Below, piece after piece: positions 25,363 through 32,000 of a stretch of 32,000 bases of DNA. Source of the stretch: Nanopusillaceae archaeon (GTDB lineage: Archaea > Nanobdellota > Nanobdellia > Nanobdellales > Nanobdellaceae). The stretch is from assembly GCA_038833255.1 (NCBI GenBank), contig JAWBIX010000001.1:16681-48680 (forward strand), read 5' to 3'. The position numbers and the translations under genes are program-made. Below the pieces are notes generated by a model. The model did not search any database. It was not told where the DNA came from and saw only the letters and a program-made list of their open reading frames with translations. How positions within the stretch are numbered: position 1 is the stretch's first letter; each line of letters opens with the position of its first letter.

Positions 25363-25396
25363 GATCTGATTAATGATGAACGCACCTCCTCCCTGA
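25348..25396 (+). ncRNA. Candidate C/D-box sRNA (2'-O-methylation guide)
   Basis: AUGAAGA (C, one mismatch; 25348-54), 11 nt, CUGA (D'; 25366-69), UUA, AUGAUGA (C'; 25373-79), the 13-nt GC-rich spacer ACGCACCUCCUCC, then CUGA (D; 25393-96). At 49 nt the layout is archaeal-like. It spans the udg stop and the 3' end of the convergent gene, where codon usage on the minus strand turns abruptly GC-rich (AGG GAG GAG GTG CGT). Confidence 0.4.
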
Positions 25397-25700
25397 TTGT
25401 CTTTTCATCTAAATTTAATCCTTCAATTATATATCTAAATTTATTTTTTGGAATTATAATTCTAAAAGGTGGAACTTCTTTATAAAATTCTACTATTTCT
25501 AATTTTTCATTTAACAAAAATATATCTATTTTATTAAAACAAAAAAAAGTATGTATTATTTCTTTTATTTCTTTTCCAGCATCTAAAACATAAATTTCAT
25601 TTTCCTTTAAAAATTTAAACATTACACCAAAATATATTTTAGGTCCTTTAAGTATTATTATTTTACGTTGCTTTAAATTCCGTATATCCACAACTTCCAC
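25359..25700 (-). CDS. DUF192-like small protein (start uncertain)
   Basis: KIYFGVMFKF...IIHTFFCFNKIDIFLLNEKLEIV....PPF....P.NKFRYIIEG follows the DUF192 pattern (GLM.R / H.fwM..pLDiiF / P / yvLE.G). The start given in the ORF track is GTG at 25700, which lies 38 nt inside the S27ae gene. The next ATG is at 25622. Confidence 0.45.
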   Translation of the reverse strand: MEVVDIRNLKQRKIIILKGPKIYFGVMFKFLKENEIYVLDAGKEIKEIIHTFFCFNKIDIFLLNEKLEIVEFYKEVPPFRIIIPKNKFRYIIEGLNLDEKTIREEVRSSLIRS

Positions 25701-25830
25701 AATGATATCTATTATAGTGTTCTGCCATATAAACCCCGCATTTCGGACAAACTTTTTTAAGTCTAATTACTTTGTCTCCTTCTATTTTATAATAAGTTCT
25801 TACATATGCTTTTTCCTGCTTCTTTGCCAT
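25663..25830 (-). CDS. rps27ae: 30S ribosomal protein S27ae (eS31), zinc-ribbon; absent from supplied ORF track (55 aa)
   Basis: Own translation: MAKKQEKAYVRTYYKIEGDKVIRLKKVCPKCGVYMAEHYNRYHCGSCGYTEFKAT. It has the CxxC...CxxC ribbon and the YYK.EGDKV motif, a TAATG junction with rps24e, and the conserved S24e-S27ae gene order. Confidence 0.85.
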   Translation of the reverse strand: MAKKQEKAYVRTYYKIEGDKVIRLKKVCPKCGVYMAEHYNRYHCGSCGYTEFKAT

Positions 25831-26114
25831 TATTCAATTATTTTATTTCTTTTTAATATGTATTTAGGCTCAATTTTTAACATTGCTTCTTTATTTTTAT
25901 AAACATTTACCCAAACTCTTGATTTTTGCTGATTGTATAAACTTAATATCTTTTTTACAACTAATAAATTTTCGTCTACACCAATTATTGCTGCTATTTT
26001 CTTTTTTATATCTTCTCTTCTTGGCGTAGCTTCACCTTTATGTTCTACTATAGCATATATTTCTTCTCTATCAAGAATTTTGTTTTCATTTCTTTCAATT
26101 ATTTTTATTTCCAT
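25830..26114 (-). CDS. rps24e: 30S ribosomal protein S24e (eS24)
   Basis: MEIKIIERNENKILDREEIYAIVEHKGEATPRREDIKKKIAAIIGVDENLLVVKKI is typical archaeal eS24. Confidence 0.9.
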   Translation of the reverse strand: MEIKIIERNENKILDREEIYAIVEHKGEATPRREDIKKKIAAIIGVDENLLVVKKILSLYNQQKSRVWVNVYKNKEAMLKIEPKYILKRNKIIE

Positions 26115-26140
26115 AGATCCATTATAAATTAAAAAAGAAT

Positions 26141-26162
26141 TTTAAATGTTAACTTTATATAA
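26141..26162. promoter_or_regulatory. Back-to-back divergent BRE/TATA elements for rps24e (minus) and thrS (plus)
   Basis: TTTAAATGTT|AACTTTATATAA reads AACATTTAAA on the minus strand and AACTTTATATAA on the plus strand. The TATA elements begin 32 and 31 nt upstream of their respective ATGs. Confidence 0.45.
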
Positions 26163-26184
26163 TCTTTCTTAAGATTCTTTAATA

Positions 26185-28212
26185 ATGAGAATTCTTTTTC
26201 TTCATTCAGATTATATAAAAGTTTATATAACTAAAAAAGCAATTGAGGAAGCAGAGGAAATATCAGAAAAAGAGATAAAAGTAGAGGATTGCCTTGTTTG
26301 TTTTATCTCCATAGAGAAATACGATAATTTGGATACTTTACAAAAATCTATTGATAATATAATTGATATTTCAAAAAAGGTAAAAACAAATAGAATTGTT
26401 TTATATCCATACGTACATTTAACATCATTTCCTAAAAATCCTAAAGAAAGTTTAGAAATATTAAAACTTGCTGAAATAAAACTAAAAGAAAAAGGATATG
26501 AAGTTTATAGATTACCATTCGGATGGTATAAATCTTTTGAAATAAAAGTAAAAGGACATCCTTTATCAGAATTATCAAGACAAATCTACAAAAATATTGA
26601 CATTTCCGAATACTTAACAGATATTTTAAAGTTTTTAGAAGCATGGTATACAATTCAGAAAGAAGATAATGAAATAATAATTAGAATAAGAGAAGAAAAG
26701 AAAAAAGAAATTGAAGAGAAGAAAGCAAAAAAAAGATTTTTAATAGTTTATCCAGATGGCAAAGAATATCTTATAACAAAAGACCTCGATGATAGTTTAG
26801 AGGTTATAGAATGGTCTAAGGTAATATCTAATTTACAAAATATTAATGAAGTTTGCTTAAAAGATTTTGATGGAAATTTAAAAATAAATAAAAAAGATTT
26901 TAGCGAAGATTTTAGAATTTTAATAGAAAAAGAAGCTTTAGGAAAAGAATATACAGAATTTACAGAAAACCCTATAAGAAATGCTTTAGAAAAATTTGGA
27001 TTTGAATGGGAATCTTATTCTGATTATGGACATATGAGATATAAGCCGTATGCTGCCTTAATGATAGATTTAGTTGCAGATTATGCAATAGAGTTATCAA
27101 GAAATTTAGATATCCCAGTATATATAATTAAAGGAACAAATATGTTTGATTTAAGAGAGGGGCCTGTTTCAAAACATGCAAAATTATTTGGAGAACGTAT
27201 GTATGAAATTGAAACTGACAAATCAAAATTTGTTTTAAGATATGCTGCATGTTTTCAACAATTTTCAATAGCTAAAGATATAATATTATCACAGAAAAAT
27301 CTTCCATTTGGTATGCTAGAAATTGCAGATTCTTATAGATTTGAAAAACCAGGAGAATTGGTATTGGGGTTTAGATTAAGAAAATTTACTATGCCTGATC
27401 TTCATATATTTTGTAAAAATATTGAAGAAGCAAAAAGCATGTTTTTCTACATACATAAAAAAATAATGGAAGAAATAAAAAAGACCAATAATGATTATGA
27501 ATTATTAATTAATTTTGGTTCTCCAGAATTTTATGAAAATTATAAATGGTTAATAAAAGAAATTATTATTGACGTAAATAAACCTGTTCTTGTTTGCATT
27601 TATCCGCCAGCAGAAGAGAGGTATTGGATTGTAAATATAGAATATAACATAATTGATATTCTCAAAAGAGTTAGAGAAATTGGAACAACACAAATAGATA
27701 TTGGGAATGGAAAAAGATTTGAAATAAAATATGTAGATGATAAAAATAATGAAAATTATGTTATAATTCTTCATAATGCTATCTTAGGCTCAATCGAAAG
27801 ATATATTTATGCTGTATTTAACGGAGCTTTAAAAAAGAAAAAACCAGAATTACCACTATGGCTTTCTCCAGTACAAGTTAGAATTCTTCCAATTTCAGAA
27901 AAATATTTAGAATATGTAAAAGAAATTGCAAAGATTCTTGAAGAAAATAACATTAGGGTAGAAATAGATGATAGAGATCTTACTCTAGGTAAAAAAATCT
28001 TAGACGCAGAAAAACTTTGGATACCATATATAGTAGTTATAGGAGAGAAAGAATATAATAATAAAACAATAAATGTAAGAAAAAGAAACGGAGAAATAAA
28101 AGAAATGAAAATTGAAGAAATAATTAGAGAAATAAAAGAAAAAACAAAAGGATATCCTTATAGACCATTATATTCCACAATATATTTATCAAAAAAGCCA
28201 AATAATTTATAG
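26185..28212 (+). CDS. thrS: Threonyl-tRNA synthetase, archaeal type with N-terminal archaea-specific editing domain
   Basis: N-terminal MRILFLHSDYI... (archaeal ThrRS editing domain start). Class II core FRLRKFTMPDLHIF and HNAILGSIERYIYA. C-terminal anticodon-binding domain LPLWLSPVQVRILPIS. Confidence 0.9.
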   Translation: MRILFLHSDYIKVYITKKAIEEAEEISEKEIKVEDCLVCFISIEKYDNLDTLQKSIDNIIDISKKVKTNRIVLYPYVHLTSFPKNPKESLEILKLAEIKLKEKGYEVYRLPFGWYKSFEIKVKGHPLSELSRQIYKNIDISEYLTDILKFLEAWYTIQKEDNEIIIRIREEKKKEIEEKKAKKRFLIVYPDGKEYLITKDLDDSLEVIEWSKVISNLQNINEVCLKDFDGNLKINKKDFSEDFRILIEKEALGKEYTEFTENPIRNALEKFGFEWESYSDYGHMRYKPYAALMIDLVADYAIELSRNLDIPVYIIKGTNMFDLREGPVSKHAKLFGERMYEIETDKSKFVLRYAACFQQFSIAKDIILSQKNLPFGMLEIADSYRFEKPGELVLGFRLRKFTMPDLHIFCKNIEEAKSMFFYIHKKIMEEIKKTNNDYELLINFGSPEFYENYKWLIKEIIIDVNKPVLVCIYPPAEERYWIVNIEYNIIDILKRVREIGTTQIDIGNGKRFEIKYVDDKNNENYVIILHNAILGSIERYIYAVFNGALKKKKPELPLWLSPVQVRILPISEKYLEYVKEIAKILEENNIRVEIDDRDLTLGKKILDAEKLWIPYIVVIGEKEYNNKTINVRKRNGEIKEMKIEEIIREIKEKTKGYPYRPLYSTIYLSKKPNNL

Positions 28213-31200
28213 AAGAAATAGAATTAATAAAATTATCAATAATATTCCTATGAATGGTATTTTTTCCTCAACTATAATTTTTTCTCTATATTTTATTATT
28301 TTTTCTAAGTAGTTTTCTATATTTACGATAATTTCAGAATCTAAAGTATTTATTCCACCAACTTTTAAATTAACTATGTATTTTTCTCGTGGACAGTTTG
28401 TATCTCTCATACCTATAAAAATTCTATATGTTTTATTTTCGTATGGTTCTATATTTATAGGGTCTTCTCCACGTATAATAATACATTCGCTTGCATTATG
28501 ATTTATTAGACTCACATTTTGTGCTGTAACTAAGCCTAAATTAGTTATATTTAATAAAATCACGATAAAGCTACCATGTAAATATCCTGGTTCTATTAAA
28601 TCTACAGCAATCTTATTCCAGTTTATATTAATATAAGGATCTGCCAAATAAAATTCTCCAACTAAACCATATGTATCTGAATATTTTATATCAAATTTTA
28701 TAGAACATTCTCTTTTATAACAATTTCTAATAATAAGATCCGTAAGATTTATACCGAAAATTCTTGTTTCATTATCTTTAACAGTGATGCCTGCTCTAAA
28801 ATGACTACTATTTACGGTAATATTCACTTTTCCGTATCCGATATTTTTAAATTTTCCAATTATTACAAAATCTGCAGGTATATGATTTGAAATTGTATAG
28901 TTAATTCCTTCTTTATAATTTGATTGAGTATAATTTAAAACATAAAGATACCATTTTCCCTCTTTTTCATTAAAATATGGAATAGCATTTATTTCTTCAG
29001 TATATGTTCCAGTAACATCAGGAAATGGAACTAGTATTTTGTACTGATTAAGATTTCTCCAGCCAACATAGTATATTGGGCTATTATAAACACCAATTCT
29101 ACAAAGATTGTCTCTATCTTCTGTTGCAGGACAAACAAATACTGCCGGTGAATCACATATAGCATTTATTTGATTAATAAAAATAGTATAATATCCTTCT
29201 GATCTAAAGGTATATAAATCAAAAGATGAGGCAATATTTTGAGCACGTTTTATAATAAATCCTCTATCTCTATTGTTTTTGTATATTTCTAACATTATAT
29301 TTCCTACTTCACTACCGAAATAGTTTACTGAATTATCCTTTCCATATATAAATTTTCCTCTTGAATAATTTTCTAAAGATAGTATACCTTCGTATACAAA
29401 ACCAAAAATTCTTGCAAGCTGTTCTTCTAAAACAGCATTAGAACAAAGATAATTTATACTGTTTATATTTTTTATAGAAAATGTACTTCCATTAGCAAGA
29501 ACTAATAAATCTTCATCAATTGTATATTCTCCAATTATACTATATGAATATTGTGCACCAATCCCCTGAGCAGACCAGGCGTGTCTACATCTCCATCTAC
29601 GAAATATATAATAATCTGTTTTTATTATTTCTAGCAATCCGATTGGTTGGAAAAATCTAAATCCTTCTATTGTATAATTTGCATATATCTCATATTTTCC
29701 TTCAGAAAGTAAAGAAACATCTAAACCACATATTCTCTCTCCCCATTCAGGATCTCCACTGTATGGACAATTCCTTCTTATATTTCTAAATATTCCCGAA
29801 GTCGATATGGAAGTAAAATTAAATAAAATTTCAGTATAATTTTCTAGATTTTGACATTTACTAACATTATTAATTACAGCTGCTGTTTTAGCTCCAGTGT
29901 AAATTGTATTATATAATAATTTTATATCATATGGATATAAAGAAAACAACGTAAAGTTTCTTTCCTCATATTCATCTCCTTCAACTTCTATTAAAAGATT
30001 TAATATATATTCCTTAGGATATAAATATGGTAAATTTAGATTTATCACACATTTTTTATCTTCACATGAATAACTAAATTCGTAAACTTCTGTTTGATTA
30101 TCATAAATTTTTGCAAATACATTATAATTTCCTATTTTATTTTCTATTTCAATTTCTATGGAACCATTTATACTACAAAAAGAGGGATCTTCTAAGCTAA
30201 CTTTTAACGAATAAGAGATCCTGGATATAAACAAAAATGTCAATAGAAATATTATTACTTTTAATATTTCTTTTTTTCCTTTTAGAAGTATTCTTATCAT
30301 TATAATAATTATCAAAATTAAAAATAATATAAGTAAAGATATAAATAAAACAGAGATCGTCTCATCATCTAACAAAATAATAGTTTTTTCTTCCTTTGGA
30401 TGATAACTAATCTCCTTTTCCAAATATATTTCATCGCTAATAAATGTAATAAAATATTTTCCATGGTCTAAAGAAATTTCATTTAATCCAGGGGATATAG
30501 GACGCGTATACGTTATATTTTTATCTAAATAATCTATAATTAATAGCCCGCTGACAGTTGTTTTTATTTTTAGAATACCTTCTGAAAAATCAATATCAAA
30601 AAATGGTTTTGGTTTTATTTCAGAATAATTTATACAATATTTGTCCGTTAATTTATTTTCTACATACAAATAAGAGCATATATCAAAAGATTCTTTTATT
30701 TTATCGTCTAAAGATAAATTTACATATATAAAACCGCTTGAAAGATAATCTAATCTTCCTATATATATTTCTTTTTTATATTCTAATTCTTTAGATTCTA
30801 CAATTAATTTAACATTATCTGTTATTGGATATAAGTAATGATCTGGAGATGGACCGACTATTATTAATAAATTTCTATCTTTATCTAACAAAATTCCTCT
30901 TAGAAGTGCCGTTGATCCGCTTTTTATAAATCTAAACCTATACAGAGATTGCAGAGTCTCATTTATGTATACTTCAACTCTTATAGAATATGCATTCGGA
31001 TCTAGAAATTCTAAATAATAATCAAAATTAAAATAATTTATACCTTCATTCAAATTAACAACTTTTTCAGATAAAATAGAAACATTCCTAGATATATCAT
31101 CCCAAGGAGCATATTTAACAATTATTTTTGCTTCTGTATTTATATCTGATAATATAGTAACTTCTAGTTTTACCATATCTTTAGTAAAGGCACCAATTGT

Positions 31201-31755
31201 CGGATTTTCAGAATTTATTTTAGATTCTTTTCTATAAATTCTAACATAGGGAAAACCTACATTTTTTCCTGATTTAACATAAAATTCTTTATAATTTCCT
31301 GGTAAAAAGATAAATGGCAAACCGGATATATAAGATAGCGGAGTATATAAATAGGCAACTATATAATATTTTCCCTCAGCAATATCAGGAGGTAACTTAT
31401 AGTTAAAATTGATATTAATAATATCTCCTGGTTTTAAGTTGATATTATATATTTTTTCATAAAAAACGTTATGATCGACGATATCTGATGGATAAATACT
31501 TCCTTCTTCATGAATTCTTATTAATTGAACGACAAACAATGCATCTGGAATATAATATGGAGAATTATAAAGAATTTTTATAGTAGCATTGATATCTTCT
31601 CCACTATAATATATATCTTTAGATTGAATTTCAATGATAGAGTTTAATTGCGGTAATACATAATCATTATATATCTTATCCGCTGATACAACATTAATTA
31701 ATATATGAAAAGATGTTAAAAATAATAATAAATAACTTAATAGTCTATTATTCAT
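28207..31755 (-). CDS. Large secreted/membrane-anchored surface protein (possible S-layer or adhesion glycoprotein), two-module architecture
   Basis: 1182 aa. N-terminal signal-like MNNRLLSYLLLFLTSFHILINVVSA. Internal TM hairpin at about residues 467-516 with a KGKKE loop. C-terminal hydrophobic anchor IPFIGILLIILLILFLL. Roughly 20 N-x-S/T sequons and about 15 Cys in the second ectodomain. Beta-sandwich-like (CARDB-like) segments by eye. Confidence 0.7.
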   Translation of the reverse strand: MNNRLLSYLLLFLTSFHILINVVSADKIYNDYVLPQLNSIIEIQSKDIYYSGEDINATIKILYNSPYYIPDALFVVQLIRIHEEGSIYPSDIVDHNVFYEKIYNINLKPGDIININFNYKLPPDIAEGKYYIVAYLYTPLSYISGLPFIFLPGNYKEFYVKSGKNVGFPYVRIYRKESKINSENPTIGAFTKDMVKLEVTILSDINTEAKIIVKYAPWDDISRNVSILSEKVVNLNEGINYFNFDYYLEFLDPNAYSIRVEVYINETLQSLYRFRFIKSGSTALLRGILLDKDRNLLIIVGPSPDHYLYPITDNVKLIVESKELEYKKEIYIGRLDYLSSGFIYVNLSLDDKIKESFDICSYLYVENKLTDKYCINYSEIKPKPFFDIDFSEGILKIKTTVSGLLIIDYLDKNITYTRPISPGLNEISLDHGKYFITFISDEIYLEKEISYHPKEEKTIILLDDETISVLFISLLILFLILIIIIMIRILLKGKKEILKVIIFLLTFLFISRISYSLKVSLEDPSFCSINGSIEIEIENKIGNYNVFAKIYDNQTEVYEFSYSCEDKKCVINLNLPYLYPKEYILNLLIEVEGDEYEERNFTLFSLYPYDIKLLYNTIYTGAKTAAVINNVSKCQNLENYTEILFNFTSISTSGIFRNIRRNCPYSGDPEWGERICGLDVSLLSEGKYEIYANYTIEGFRFFQPIGLLEIIKTDYYIFRRWRCRHAWSAQGIGAQYSYSIIGEYTIDEDLLVLANGSTFSIKNINSINYLCSNAVLEEQLARIFGFVYEGILSLENYSRGKFIYGKDNSVNYFGSEVGNIMLEIYKNNRDRGFIIKRAQNIASSFDLYTFRSEGYYTIFINQINAICDSPAVFVCPATEDRDNLCRIGVYNSPIYYVGWRNLNQYKILVPFPDVTGTYTEEINAIPYFNEKEGKWYLYVLNYTQSNYKEGINYTISNHIPADFVIIGKFKNIGYGKVNITVNSSHFRAGITVKDNETRIFGINLTDLIIRNCYKRECSIKFDIKYSDTYGLVGEFYLADPYININWNKIAVDLIEPGYLHGSFIVILLNITNLGLVTAQNVSLINHNASECIIIRGEDPINIEPYENKTYRIFIGMRDTNCPREKYIVNLKVGGINTLDSEIIVNIENYLEKIIKYREKIIVEEKIPFIGILLIILLILFLL

Positions 31756-31788
31756 TATATTTCAAATATCTAACATTATTTTTAAATT

Positions 31789-32000
31789 TTAAGATATAAC
31801 AGATATCTTTATTACTTCTTCTATAGTTTTTACTGGAGATATTTTTATTTTATCTATCAAATAATCCGGCACATCTTCTTTATTTGCTTCAGGAATTATA
31901 ACTTCTTTAAGTCCAGCCTCTATTGCTGCTTCAATTTTAGCTATAATTCCCCCAACAGGCAATACTTCGCCTCTAACTGATAAAGATCCTGTCATTGCCA
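31789..32000 (-). CDS. lon: Lon protease (archaeal LonB type), C-terminal proteolytic domain end; gene continues beyond window end
   Basis: [41 protein letters not shown] is the conserved Lon protease C-terminal block. The M at 31995 in the ORF track is internal; the frame stays open to the window edge. Confidence 0.85.
   Translation of the reverse strand, partial: AMTGSLSVRGEVLPVGGIIAKIEAAIEAGLKEVIIPEANKEDVPDYLIDKIKISPVKTIEEVIKISVIS

Noticed and set aside
1-32000. CRISPR arrays, tandem repeats, IS elements, rRNA genes
   Set aside because: No spaced direct repeats, terminal inverted repeats with a transposase, or rRNA-like GC-rich stretches were seen on reading the window. The only GC-rich non-coding stretches are the two tRNAs, the 4286-4394 island and the 25373-25396 patch.

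Overview
This is a very AT-rich, tightly packed archaeal chromosome segment with about 39 genes, mostly short or overlapping junctions, and no CRISPR array or obvious mobile element. All homology calls come from motif recognition by eye; no database search was possible.

The core is the archaeal RNA polymerase / str cluster on the minus strand: rpoH, split rpoB (B'' then B'), rpoA', rpoA'', L30e and S12. An unexpected membrane-protein gene follows S12, and then S7.

Other housekeeping genes:
- Cell division, DNA and chromatin: partial FtsZ, an archaeal histone, XerA recombinase, a B12-type (class II) ribonucleotide reductase and a family-4 uracil-DNA glycosylase.
- Translation and tRNA: TruA, type-2 methionine aminopeptidase, a YbaK-like deacylase, a NOG1-like GTPase, S24e, an S27ae gene missing from the ORF track, and archaeal ThrRS.
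- Protein folding and proteolysis: an FKBP-type isomerase, Hsp20, HtpX and partial Lon.
- Metabolic or uncharacterised: an AMMECR1/MEMO1 pair, a RimK-like ATP-grasp protein and an agmatinase.

Two tRNAs, Lys-CUU and Ala-UGC, have almost all-G:C stems. In so AT-rich a genome this suggests a thermophile, and the gene density suggests a small genome. The split rpoB fits euryarchaeal or DPANN/Nanoarchaeota-like lineages, but that placement is inference only.

Most interesting observations:
1. A 109-nt island of about 55% G+C between ybaK and xerA folds as an H/ACA-like hairpin with a K-loop, followed by a second K-turn-like module and an oligo-T tract.
2. A C/D-box sRNA-like element lies across the convergent 3' ends of udg and a DUF192-like gene.
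3. A 1182-aa surface protein looks like two signal-peptide/anchor modules fused in frame.
4. The rpo/str operon is remodelled: no nusA, a membrane gene between S12 and S7, and S7 coupled to a MEMO1-family gene.
5. Divergent gene pairs have strikingly mirror-symmetric, ultra-compact promoters that imply leaderless mRNAs.
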